From an uncultured Pseudomonadota bacterium (GTDB lineage Bacteria > Myxococcota_A > UBA796 > SXON01), in contig CAIXRH010000014.1 of assembly GCA_903921785.1 (NCBI GenBank), positions 1,697 to 65,696 on the forward strand: a stretch of 64,000 nucleotides of DNA. The letters are read 5' to 3'. Under the pieces are notes generated by a model, which saw nothing but the letters and a program-made list of their open reading frames with translations, ran no database searches and had not been told where the DNA came from. A program made the position numbers and the translations under genes. This document shows, piece after piece, positions 9,123 to 18,576 of the stretch (the stretch's first letter is position 1; each line of letters opens with the position of its first letter).

Positions 9123-12100
9123 CCTTCCTGCTCCTCTGCAGCGCCGCCGCCGGGGCCACCCTCGAGGTCGGCTCCAGCTACGCGACGATCCAGGAGGCGA
9201 TCGACGCGGCCGTGGACGGCGACACGGTGCACATCCCCTCCGGCACCTGGACCGAGGCGGTCAATCTCGGAAACAAGGCGCTGACCCTCCGTGGAGATGG
9301 CACGGGCTCCTCCGGCACCGTGCTCTCCCCGGGCACGGCGACCGACGTCGTGACCATGAACAGCGGCAAGGTCGCCCACCTCGAAGACCTCTCCATCGAG
9401 CCCTACGGCGCCACCGGCGTGCACCTCGAGCGCGGCGAGCTGCACGTCGCCAACGTCAACATCGTCTCTGCGGGCGACGGTGTCGCGCGGGGCGGCGCCA
9501 TCTATGTGGACGGCGGTGAGCTGGAGCTCACCACGGTGAACATCACCGGCTCGACCGCCGCGTATGGCGGCGCCATCTACGCCACAGGCGGCGCGGTCGT
9601 CACCGGCGCCGGCGTGGACATCCAGGACGGCACTGCGACCTACGGCGGCGGAATCTACGCGGAGGACGCCAGCTCCCTCGACTTCACGCTCCTCACCGTG
9701 GACGGTCCCACCGCCACCTCCAACGGCGGCTTCGCCTACCTGGACGGCGCCGACTTCACCGCCACCGACCTCACCCTGAGCAACCCGGTCGGGCGGAACA
9801 CCTCCGGCGTCGGCTTCTACGTGGTCGGCCACGGCTCGCTACAGCTGACCGCCGCGACCCTCTCTGGCGCCGCCGCCACGGGGCGTGCGAGCGGCTACGG
9901 CGGCGGCGCGCTCTACCTGGGGGATGGTTCTTCCGCGACCATCGACGACACCGTGTTCAGCGACAACGTGGCCTGGGACGGTGGGGCGGTGCTCCTCGCC
10001 GACGCCGCGACCGCCACGTTCGACAACGTCCGCTTCGACAGCAACACGGCGGACACCGACGGCGGCGCCCTCCACCTCACCGACGGCGCCACGGCGGAGT
10101 GTTCGGCCTGCGTCTTCGTGGACAACGCCGCGACGGACGGGGGCGCGGTCCTCCTCGCCACGGGCACCCGCCTCACCGACGACGGCGGCGCGTGGACCGA
10201 CAACGAAGCCGCCGGCTCCGGCGGCGCGGTGGCGATGGCCGGGAACGCCCAGCTTGAGCTGAGCAGCTCCACGTTCTCCGGCAACGGCGCGGATGGGGAC
10301 GGCGGCGCGATCTTCACCGCCGGCGACGTGCAGCTCGACGACGCGAGCTTCAGCGGCAACCTCGCCCGCAGCGGCGACGGCGGCGCGCTGAGCGGCACCG
10401 GCGACCTGGTCGCCAACACCACCACCTTCGCGAGCAACGAAGCCCGGGCCGGCAGCGGCGGCGCGGTGTCGATCGGCGGCTCCGGCCGCCTGTCGAGCTG
10501 CCGCTTCACCGACAATTCGGCCCACGACTCCGGCGGGGCCCTCTGGGCGAACGGCGCGGACGAGCTCACCGTCTGGGAAGGAACGTTCTTCCGCAATACC
10601 GCGCGGACGGCCGGCGGCGCCATCGGGACCTCCGCCACCGCCGACGTGGCGATCACCCGCTCGTACCTCCACGGCAACTCCGCCAAGAACGGCGGCGGCG
10701 CCTGGCTCTGGGACGTCTCGTCCAGCGGCACCCTCAGCAACCTCCGCGTCACCGACAACGCCGCCACCAGCGACGGCGGCGGCCTCTGGCTCGACGGCAC
10801 GGTCGAGCTCAGCGTCGTCAACAACACCTTCGCCGGCAACGACGCCGCGCGGGACGGCGGCCACCTCTACGCCGACTCCGCGCTCTCCCTCGTCAACAAC
10901 CTCCTTCTCTCCGCGGTCGATGGCGGCGGCGCCTACGGCACCAGCGCCACCACCGACCGGTACTACAACCTCGCCTGGGACAACGCCGGCGGCGACTGGA
11001 ACGGCTGGAGTGATCCCACAGGAACCAGCGGAAACCTCGCGGTCGACCCCGAGGTGGAGGCGTACACCGCGGACGGCGACGAGACCAACGACGCCCTCTT
11101 CCTCTCCGCCGGCAGCCCCGCGATCGACGCGGGCAGCCCCTCCATCTTCGACTTCGACGGCACCCAGTCCGACATCGGCGCGTTCGGCGGCCCCGACGCC
11201 GACGTGGCCGACGACGACGGCGACGGCTTCTACGACAACGTCGACTGCGACGACGACAACCCGCTGATGAACCCGCGGCAGACCGACGTTCCCTACGACG
11301 GCCTCGACCAGGACTGCGACGGCGCCGACCTCACCGACGTCGACGGCGACGGGTTCGACGCCGCCGTCACTGGCGGCGCGGACTGCCACGACAGCGATCC
11401 GGCGATCCACCCTGGCGCCACGGAGACCTGGTACGACGGCGTCGACCAGGACTGCTCGGGCGGCAGCGACTACGACCAGGACGGCGACCTCCACGACGCC
11501 GCGTTCCAGCTCGGCGGCGACGACTGCAACGACCTCGACCTCACGATCCACGGCGGCGCGATCGAGATCTGGTACGACGGTGTCGACCAGGACTGCGACG
11601 GCCGCAACGACTTCGACCGCGACAAGGACGGGTTCATCGCGTGGGATCACGGCGGGTCCGACTGCGACGACTTCAACGCGGCCCGCCACCCCGGCAACGT
11701 CGAGATCCCCTACGACGACCTCGACGAAGACTGCGACGGCGCCGACCTGATCGACGTGGACGGCGACGGGTGGGTGGCCGAGGAAGCCGGCGGCACCGAC
11801 TGCAACGACGCGCAGGCCAGCGTGTACCCCGGCGCCACCGAGGACCCCACCGACGGCTTCGACACCGACTGCGACGGCTTCTCCGAGTGGGATCGCGACG
11901 GCGACGGCTGGGACGGCACCGACTTCGGCGGCGGCGACTGCAACGACTTCGACGCCGACGTGCACCCCGAGGCCGCGGAGACCTGGTACGACGGCGTCGA
12001 TCAGGACTGCGACGGCCGCGACGACGACCAGGACGGCGACGGCTTCCGCCTCGGCGAAGACTGCGACGACGTCGACGCCGCGACCTACCCGGGCGCCCGC

Positions 12101-12625
12101 GAGCGCTGGGACGGCAAGGACAACGACTGCGACGGCTACACCGAGCTCGACGATCGGGACAACGACGGCCTGTCGGACCTCCAGGAGTGGATGCTCGGCA
12201 CCGACCCTGACGACCCCGACACCGACGGCGACACCATGGCCGATGGCGCCGAGTTCGCGGCCGGGCCCGACTTCGACGGCGACCACGTCCCCGACCCGAT
12301 CGACACCGACGACGACAACGACGGCATCGCCTCGCGCCTGGAGCTGACGGTCGACGTCGACCACGACGGCACCTTCGACCTCGACGTGGACGGCGACGGG
12401 ATCGACAACGCCCGCGACCTCGACGCCGACGCCGACGGCGCCTCCGACGCCGACGAGGGCCAGACCGACTCCGACTTCGACGGGGTCGGCGACTGGGTGG
12501 ACTTCCAGGGTGAGCTGGTCGGCGGCGGCTGCGGCTCTCCGTGGGCCACCGGCGCGTTCGCACCCGGCTTCGTACTTGCGCTCTGGCGCCGCCGCGCCGC
12601 CCGCTCCACCCGGAAGGGGGCCTGA
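9119..12625 (+). CDS. Large surface protein: right-handed beta-helix (GGA/FxxN repeats), 7 MopE-type metal-binding repeats, TSP3-like repeats, MYXO-CTERM-like tail
   Basis: YATIQEAIDAA..GD; many GGA(I/V/L)..FxxN units; DCxD..PGA.E..YDG.DQDCDG x7; DxDxDG repeats; GGGC..LALWRRR; ATGA overlap with upstream gene. Confidence 0.9.
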   Translation: MTFLLLCSAAAGATLEVGSSYATIQEAIDAAVDGDTVHIPSGTWTEAVNLGNKALTLRGDGTGSSGTVLSPGTATDVVTMNSGKVAHLEDLSIEPYGATGVHLERGELHVANVNIVSAGDGVARGGAIYVDGGELELTTVNITGSTAAYGGAIYATGGAVVTGAGVDIQDGTATYGGGIYAEDASSLDFTLLTVDGPTATSNGGFAYLDGADFTATDLTLSNPVGRNTSGVGFYVVGHGSLQLTAATLSGAAATGRASGYGGGALYLGDGSSATIDDTVFSDNVAWDGGAVLLADAATATFDNVRFDSNTADTDGGALHLTDGATAECSACVFVDNAATDGGAVLLATGTRLTDDGGAWTDNEAAGSGGAVAMAGNAQLELSSSTFSGNGADGDGGAIFTAGDVQLDDASFSGNLARSGDGGALSGTGDLVANTTTFASNEARAGSGGAVSIGGSGRLSSCRFTDNSAHDSGGALWANGADELTVWEGTFFRNTARTAGGAIGTSATADVAITRSYLHGNSAKNGGGAWLWDVSSSGTLSNLRVTDNAATSDGGGLWLDGTVELSVVNNTFAGNDAARDGGHLYADSALSLVNNLLLSAVDGGGAYGTSATTDRYYNLAWDNAGGDWNGWSDPTGTSGNLAVDPEVEAYTADGDETNDALFLSAGSPAIDAGSPSIFDFDGTQSDIGAFGGPDADVADDDGDGFYDNVDCDDDNPLMNPRQTDVPYDGLDQDCDGADLTDVDGDGFDAAVTGGADCHDSDPAIHPGATETWYDGVDQDCSGGSDYDQDGDLHDAAFQLGGDDCNDLDLTIHGGAIEIWYDGVDQDCDGRNDFDRDKDGFIAWDHGGSDCDDFNAARHPGNVEIPYDDLDEDCDGADLIDVDGDGWVAEEAGGTDCNDAQASVYPGATEDPTDGFDTDCDGFSEWDRDGDGWDGTDFGGGDCNDFDADVHPEAAETWYDGVDQDCDGRDDDQDGDGFRLGEDCDDVDAATYPGARERWDGKDNDCDGYTELDDRDNDGLSDLQEWMLGTDPDDPDTDGDTMADGAEFAAGPDFDGDHVPDPIDTDDDNDGIASRLELTVDVDHDGTFDLDVDGDGIDNARDLDADADGASDADEGQTDSDFDGVGDWVDFQGELVGGGCGSPWATGAFAPGFVLALWRRRAARSTRKGA
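11243..12135 (+). repeat. Coding tandem repeats (7 MopE-type motifs)
   Basis: Recurrent gactgc(a/g)acgac ... tacgacggc..cgaccaggactgc units, in frame within the CDS. Confidence 0.85.
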
Positions 12626-12627
12626 AC

Positions 12628-14094
12628 ATGCTGCTCCTCGCCCTCTCCACCGCCTTCGCCCTCGACGCCTCCGGCTTCGAGCTCCTCGGCACCTCCGGCG
12701 ACCCCGACAGCTTCGCCCGCATCGGCTCGGCACGCGCCAGCCGGTCCGGCTCCTGGGACGCGCTCCTCGGCTTCGGCTACGCGAACGCCCCGCTCGCCGA
12801 GTCGTTCCCCTGGGGCCGCGAGACCGTCCTCGACTCCGTGGGCACCGTCTACGTCGGCGGCTCCTACAGCTTCGGCGGCCTCCGCCTCGACGGCGCCCTC
12901 CCCGTCCACGCGCTGGGCGCGGACCAGACCGGCAGCTTCACCACCACCGGGGACGCCCGCGTCGGCGTGATGGTCCCCGCCTTCGGCGAGTCCGGGCTCC
13001 GTCCCGCGCTCGGGGTCCAGACCAACCTCTGGCTCCCGACCGGCGACGAGACGCACCACCTCGGGAGCATCGGCCCCCGCGCGAGCCTCAGCGCCCTCGC
13101 CGAGAAAGAAGCCGGCCCGTTCACCCTGGTCGCCAGCCTGGGTGCCGAGGTCGGCTACCCGGAGACCGAGCGCAACGTCGTCGCCGAGATCGGCCCGATG
13201 TTGGCGTTGGGCGCCAACTACCGGATCACCGACGCCGCGAGCGCCGGGCTGGAGCTCACCTCCCAGTCGGACATGGGGCTCACCACGTGGCCCGTCGAGG
13301 CCACAGCCAGCGCCCGCTATCGCCTGCCCACCGGCGCGTGGGCCGCGGTCGGCGGCAGCGCCGGCCTCACCGAGGGCGTCGGCGCCGCCTCCTGGCGCGC
13401 CTTCGTCACGGTCGGGTGGACCTACACTCGGCCCGCCCCGCCCGCGCCGCCGCCCGCCATCGACCCCAACCTCGACACCGACGGCGACGGCATCCCGGAC
13501 GTGACCGACCAGTGCGACGATATGGCCGAGACCTTCGACGGCTTCGACGACGAGGACGGCTGCCCCGAGTTCGACGGCGACGCCGACGGCGTGCCCTTCG
13601 AGCGCGACGTCTGCCCCCGCGACCCCATCCGCCCCGAGCAGGACCCCCGCTACAGCGACGGCTGCCCGAAGGTGGCGGAATTCGCCGGCGATCGGATCGT
13701 CATCACCCAGGCGATCTTCTTCGCCGAAGGCAGGGCCGAGCTGATGCCCAGCGCCGCGCCGGTCCTGGAGGCCGTGCTCGGCGTCATCGAGCAGCACCCG
13801 GAGATCCCGTACTTCCTCGTCGAGGGTCACACCAACAGCAACGGCTCCGACGCCTACAACCTCCGCCTCTCCGACGCCCGCGCCTTCGCCGTCATGACCT
13901 GGCTCGGCGACCACGGCGTCCCGAGCACCCGACTGTTGAGCAAGGGCTTCGGCGAGTCGAGGCCCCTGGTGGAGGACGGCTCCCCCGACGCGGAGGCGGT
14001 CAACCGCCGCGTGGAGTTCCGGGTGGTGAAGATCGAGGACATCCCTCGGGATGCGCGCCGGCTCGACATCCCCGGCGATGTGCGCCAGCGCTGA
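12628..14094 (+). CDS. OmpA-family protein: N-terminal beta-barrel, TSP3 repeats, OmpA C-terminal domain (TraB-like architecture)
   Basis: DTDGDGIPD..DQC, DGFDDEDGCP; VEGHTN, YNLRLSDARA, NRRVEF. Confidence 0.9.
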   Translation: MLLLALSTAFALDASGFELLGTSGDPDSFARIGSARASRSGSWDALLGFGYANAPLAESFPWGRETVLDSVGTVYVGGSYSFGGLRLDGALPVHALGADQTGSFTTTGDARVGVMVPAFGESGLRPALGVQTNLWLPTGDETHHLGSIGPRASLSALAEKEAGPFTLVASLGAEVGYPETERNVVAEIGPMLALGANYRITDAASAGLELTSQSDMGLTTWPVEATASARYRLPTGAWAAVGGSAGLTEGVGAASWRAFVTVGWTYTRPAPPAPPPAIDPNLDTDGDGIPDVTDQCDDMAETFDGFDDEDGCPEFDGDADGVPFERDVCPRDPIRPEQDPRYSDGCPKVAEFAGDRIVITQAIFFAEGRAELMPSAAPVLEAVLGVIEQHPEIPYFLVEGHTNSNGSDAYNLRLSDARAFAVMTWLGDHGVPSTRLLSKGFGESRPLVEDGSPDAEAVNRRVEFRVVKIEDIPRDARRLDIPGDVRQR

Positions 14095-14100
14095 CCGGCC

Positions 14101-14826
14101 TCAAGCCCGCCACCGCCAGCCGAACCGCGGCTTTCGGTAGGGAGAGAGTACGCTCTCGACCTGCCCGAGCGCCTCGACCGCGATCCCCGCCTCGCGGAAC
14201 AACTGCGCCTGAACCTCGGCCTCCGCAGCCCCCTGGTTCACCACCAGCGCCTCTCCGCCCGGCGCGAGCAGCCGCCGGACCGCGTCGAGGGCGCCAGCGG
14301 GGTCGAACAACGCTGCGGGCAGGCCCCACGCCGCGTGCGGCTCGGGCACGACGAACGGGAGGAACCAGGTGATCCGGGCGTAGCTCCCCTCCCGATCCCG
14401 CACATCCCCGGCGAAGAAGCGGCAACCCGGGAACCGCGCCGCGATCGTTTCCCCCACGGCCCGGCGGGTGTGCCCGGTGACGTACCGCCGGTGCGCATCG
14501 CGCTCCACGCCGTCCCAGGCGCCCCCGAACGTGGCAAGTCCGGGGAGATAGGCGCCATATTTGCTGCCGACGTCGAGCCCCCGATCGCCCGCGGTCATCG
14601 GCCGGACGAACCGGTCGAGGAGATCGAGCGTGTAGAGCGACTCGTCGCGCTCGACGGGGCCCGTCGCGGCGAGGAGCGGCCCGAGATCGTACCGTTTCCC
14701 CAAGGCGTCCACCCGCAGCCGCGCCTCGCTGGACAGGTCGTCGAGCGTGCTCGGCCCCGGACAGCGCGCCCGCGGCGACCACGTCACCGTCTCCCGGAGC
14801 CGGAACGCGAGGTCCCCCAGGCTCAC
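14101..14826 (-). CDS. Class I SAM-dependent methyltransferase-like protein
   Basis: GLDVGSKYG motif I, DGVE, FFAGDV, LLAPGG; start (GTG 14826) uncertain. Confidence 0.7.
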   Translation of the reverse strand: MSLGDLAFRLRETVTWSPRARCPGPSTLDDLSSEARLRVDALGKRYDLGPLLAATGPVERDESLYTLDLLDRFVRPMTAGDRGLDVGSKYGAYLPGLATFGGAWDGVERDAHRRYVTGHTRRAVGETIAARFPGCRFFAGDVRDREGSYARITWFLPFVVPEPHAAWGLPAALFDPAGALDAVRRLLAPGGEALVVNQGAAEAEVQAQLFREAGIAVEALGQVESVLSPYRKPRFGWRWRA

Positions 14827-14853
14827 CGGTGACTCGCCGCGATAGACCGGCGC

Positions 14854-15240
14854 ATGTCGTCCAAGCTGCCCACCGTCCGGGTGTGGTTCCTCTCCGCGAT
14901 CGCCATCGTGATCGTCCTCGTGGTGGGCATGACGATGTCCTACTTCGACCCCAGCGACGCCGTCGACTCGTTGGAGGTCGGAGTCTACCCCGACGGCGCG
15001 AAGGTCTCGGTGGAAGGCGCCACACTCACGGTGCACGTCGGGCAGAAGCAGATGGGCCCCGGCTGGTTCGGGGTGGGCACCTGGCCCTACGACGCCACGT
15101 TCCCCGACGGCACGGCGCTCGAGAACCAGGGTCCGCTGGTGATCCTGGACAAGCACGATCTGCTCGTGCGTTGTGACGCCGCTGCCCACACGTGCGCCGT
15201 CGTCCCCGCACCGAAGCCTGGGGCGGGGTCCGCTCCGTAG
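14854..15240 (+). CDS. Hypothetical membrane-anchored protein
   Basis: 128 aa; N-terminal TM helix; typical codon usage. Confidence 0.65.
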   Translation: MSSKLPTVRVWFLSAIAIVIVLVVGMTMSYFDPSDAVDSLEVGVYPDGAKVSVEGATLTVHVGQKQMGPGWFGVGTWPYDATFPDGTALENQGPLVILDKHDLLVRCDAAAHTCAVVPAPKPGAGSAP

Positions 15241-15249
15241 GCCGGCCCC

Positions 15250-15343
15250 GCGACGGAGGCGGATGGGGCGCATCCCCACCCTCGGCGCTTCAAGAGACCG
15301 ACAACGAGCGCACGGTCTCACTTCAACCCACCCTCCGCGCTTC
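15250..15343 (+). repeat. Dispersed intergenic repeat, copy 1
   Basis: gcgcatccccaccctcggcgct-N7-accgacaacgagcgc matches the reverse complement at 26621-26664; internal 17-bp direct repeat at 52-bp spacing. Confidence 0.75.
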
Positions 15344-15366
15344 TTTTGCCGGCGGCCGCCGCGGCG

Positions 15367-16095
15367 CTACCGGCGAGGGTTCGCGTCCACCCACTCCACG
15401 AAGCGGCGGATGATCGTCTGCGCGACCTCCGTGTCCGGCGACTCGGCCATCACCCGGTCGATCCGCGCGGCCTCCTCGGGGTCGCCGGAGTAGTGCTCGC
15501 GGTAGTAGTTCCAGCGCTCTGTCGTCGTCGCCTTGCGCAGCTCGGGGTGGAACTGCGCCGCCCAGAACGGAGCTCCTTCCACCTTGAACGCCTGATGGTA
15601 GGACACGCGACCGGTGGCGAGCAGCGTGACGCCCTTCGGGAGCCGGTCCACGTGGTCGTGGTGGCCGAGCTGGACGTCGAGCGTCGACGGGAGGTGATCG
15701 AAGAGCGGGTCGAGGGCCGCGGCCGCCGTGAGGTCCACCGGGAAGGCGCCGAGCTCCTGCCGGGCGTCGTCGCGGTTCACCTCGCCGCCGAGCGCGAGGG
15801 CGAGGCCCTGGAACCCGAAGCAGCTCGCCCAGGCCGGAATCTTACGATCCACGGTCTGAACCAGGCGATCCAGCATGTTGCGCACCCAGGGGTGGGTGTC
15901 GAGCACGGAGTACGCGCCGCTGCCCCCGAAGAAGAGCAGGCCCGCCTCGTCGAGGAGGCGGTCATCGAGCTGGCCTTCGCTGGCGAAGGCGATCTCGAGG
16001 TCCGGGATCCCCGAAGACTCGACGAAGCACCTGTGCTCCTGAAAGGCCATGGGGTCATGGGGGTCCCGCAAGGAGACGAGCACGCGTCGGGTCAT
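15367..16095 (-). CDS. Type 1 glutamine amidotransferase (GMP-synthase-like GATase)
   Basis: GGSG, SCFGFQ nucleophile elbow, HHDHV, QFHPE. Confidence 0.9.
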   Translation of the reverse strand: MTRRVLVSLRDPHDPMAFQEHRCFVESSGIPDLEIAFASEGQLDDRLLDEAGLLFFGGSGAYSVLDTHPWVRNMLDRLVQTVDRKIPAWASCFGFQGLALALGGEVNRDDARQELGAFPVDLTAAAALDPLFDHLPSTLDVQLGHHDHVDRLPKGVTLLATGRVSYHQAFKVEGAPFWAAQFHPELRKATTTERWNYYREHYSGDPEEAARIDRVMAESPDTEVAQTIIRRFVEWVDANPRR

Positions 16096-16186
16096 GGGCC
16101 CCGCGCCTAATTTCTTCAAGGCGTTTCGTCCCGAGGTGTAAGCGCGTGCAACGGGGCTCGTTGTCGCCGCGAATCCCCCCGGAGTC

Positions 16187-18484
16187 GTGATGCTGTTCTC
16201 CCTGATCCTCTGGTCCTGCGCCGCTCGTTCCGTCCCCACCGACGTCGCCCCCCCGGATGTCGACGCGAAGAACGGCACGATGGTCCCCGAAGCGGCCCCC
16301 GTGGCGAAGCCCGAGGTCCGGCTCCCCTCCGGCCAGCCGGTGGTCCGGGAGTGTTTCGCCGAGTCGCGCCGGGAGCGCGGCAGCGTGGGCAGCCGCTCGG
16401 GAAGTGGCGGCAAGGGTGGCGGCGGCTACGGCTCCGGCCCCGGTAGCAGCTCCTCCACCCGGTCGAAGTCGCCGGCCCCGATGACCGCCTCCGCGCCGCC
16501 CCCGCCCCCCGCCCCGAAGCCCACCGCCGCCCCCGCCAAGTCGGCGCCGAGCGCCTACGCCGCCGACGAGTCCGCCGCGGCGAGCGGCGCCGGCGGCTTG
16601 AGCTCGTACGAAACGCTCGGCAACGCCGGCCCCAGCGGCGGTGCGACGATGGGCGCCAACGCGGCCGGCGAGGGCAAGGGCGACAGTGGCGGCGGTCTCG
16701 CGAAGCAGAAGACCGCCCGCGCCACCAGCTCTCCCGCCGCCGACGCCGCCCCTGCCGCCGAGTACGCCCCCGCCGAGCCGGCGATGAGCCAGGGCCAGGC
16801 CGCGAGCACCGACAAGGACATGAAGTCCGGCGCGAAAAAGGAGACCGAAGACGCCAAGCCGCGCTCGATGACCCCGACCCCCGTGGTCGTCGCCGACCGC
16901 GAGGAAGCCGACCAGCCCGACGCCCGCTGGGACTGGGGCGGCGTGACCTACCTCAGCAACGACGACTCGATGTCGCTCGCGTCCGCCCAGCGCCTCCTCT
17001 GGGCCGTGCAGAACAAGGGCCCGGTCAAGACCAGCGAGATCCGCCCCCACGAGCTCCTCAACTACTTCAGCTTCGACACCAGCCCGGTCCCCGCCGGCGA
17101 CACCTTCAGCGTGCTGGCCTCCGCCGAGCAGACCGACGCGCAGACGCTCTCCCTGGCCTTCGCGGTCAAGGGCGTCACCCCCGAGCGGAAGCCCCTCGAC
17201 CTCACGCTCGTCCTCGACCGTTCCGGCTCGATGGATGCCGAAGGTCGCATGGAGTACCTCAAGCGTGGCCTGACCAAGATGACCGACCAGCTCGAGCGCG
17301 GCGATCGGGTCGACATCGTGCTCTTCGACGATGAAATCTGCTCCCCCCTGGAGAACTACGTCGTCGGCCGGGACGATCCGGCGCTGCTCGCCGGCGTCAT
17401 CTCCGACCTCGCCCCCCGCGGCTCCACCGACCTCGATTCCGGCCTGCGTGAAGGCTACCGCGTCGCGAAGAGCCACGGTGAGGTCGAGGGCCGCAACCGC
17501 CGGATGCTGCTCATCTCCGACGCGCTGCTCAACACCGGCGAGGTCAACCAGGACGTCGTCAGCGAGATCGGCAAGTCCTACGAGAGTTCGGGCATCCGCC
17601 TCTCCGCGATCGGCGTCGGCCGCGACTTCAACGACAAGGTCCTCGACATGCTCTCGGAGAAGGGCAAGGGCGCCTACGTGTACCTCGGGTCCGAAGCCGT
17701 CGTGGACCGCGTGTTCGGCGCCGGCTTCGGCTCGCTGACCCAGACCGTCGCCCACGACGTGCACTTCTCCCTCGACCTGCCCCCGTCGCTCGCCATGGAG
17801 AAGTTCTACGGCGAGGAGTCGAGCACCCACAAGGAGGACATCCAGCCGATCGACTACTACGCCGGGACCACCCAGCTCTTCGTGCAAGACCTCCACATGA
17901 AGGGCGGTCGCCCCGCGCGTAGCGAGTCGGTGAAGCTCACCGCCGAGTGGACCGACGTGGACACGGGGGAAGCCCGTACCCAGGTCTTCACCGCCTCGGT
18001 GGGCGACATCCTCGCCGCCGACCCGCACAACCTCCACAAGGGCCGCGCGCTCCTCGCCTGGACGGACATGATCACCGCCCGCAGCCTCGGCAACGACCCC
18101 TGCGGCGCCCCGTACCGCACCTGGGACGAGCGCATCGGCGACCTCGGCGACGACGCCGAGGTGGCCTGGCTCGACGGGCTGACCGCCCCCCTCTGCGGCC
18201 AGTCCCCGAGCACCCCCAAGCGCGTCGCGACCGTGCCCGGCGTCCCGTACAAGGTCAAGGTCGACGCGGACCAGGTGATCGCCGAGGTCGGCATCCAGTG
18301 CGCCGGCAAGACGCTCAGCGAGTCCCTCGCCGCGGGCAGCAACGTCGTCCGCTTCGACGCCCGCCCGGGCACCTGCCAGCTCGTGCTCTACGGAAACGTC
18401 CCGATGTACGCCCAGGTCGACGTGCCCTCCACCGGCGGCGACATCCGTTGCGTTGTTCGGGGTGGCCGCTTGAGCTGCGGGTAG
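16187..18484 (+). CDS. VWA-domain lipoprotein (YfbK-like) with low-complexity N-terminal linker
   Basis: LILWSC lipobox; IRPHELLNYF; VLDRSGSM MIDAS; GSTDL; SAIGVG. Confidence 0.85.
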   Translation: MMLFSLILWSCAARSVPTDVAPPDVDAKNGTMVPEAAPVAKPEVRLPSGQPVVRECFAESRRERGSVGSRSGSGGKGGGGYGSGPGSSSSTRSKSPAPMTASAPPPPPAPKPTAAPAKSAPSAYAADESAAASGAGGLSSYETLGNAGPSGGATMGANAAGEGKGDSGGGLAKQKTARATSSPAADAAPAAEYAPAEPAMSQGQAASTDKDMKSGAKKETEDAKPRSMTPTPVVVADREEADQPDARWDWGGVTYLSNDDSMSLASAQRLLWAVQNKGPVKTSEIRPHELLNYFSFDTSPVPAGDTFSVLASAEQTDAQTLSLAFAVKGVTPERKPLDLTLVLDRSGSMDAEGRMEYLKRGLTKMTDQLERGDRVDIVLFDDEICSPLENYVVGRDDPALLAGVISDLAPRGSTDLDSGLREGYRVAKSHGEVEGRNRRMLLISDALLNTGEVNQDVVSEIGKSYESSGIRLSAIGVGRDFNDKVLDMLSEKGKGAYVYLGSEAVVDRVFGAGFGSLTQTVAHDVHFSLDLPPSLAMEKFYGEESSTHKEDIQPIDYYAGTTQLFVQDLHMKGGRPARSESVKLTAEWTDVDTGEARTQVFTASVGDILAADPHNLHKGRALLAWTDMITARSLGNDPCGAPYRTWDERIGDLGDDAEVAWLDGLTAPLCGQSPSTPKRVATVPGVPYKVKVDADQVIAEVGIQCAGKTLSESLAAGSNVVRFDARPGTCQLVLYGNVPMYAQVDVPSTGGDIRCVVRGGRLSCG

Positions 18485-18576
18485 TCGGCGGCCTCCGCGT
18501 CGCGGGCCCCGGGGGTTGCCCCCCGGGGTCCGCTCGCGACTCGGTTCGTGGTATCCTCCGCCGCGCGGAGGTTCGG

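Noticed and set aside
11243-12500. Regularly spaced DNA repeats resembling a CRISPR array
   Set aside because: They are in-frame, degenerate protein repeats (MopE/TSP3); no cas genes.
9839-12733. 964-aa minus-strand ORF
   Set aside because: Antisense shadow of the beta-helix/MopE gene, typical of high-GC codon bias.
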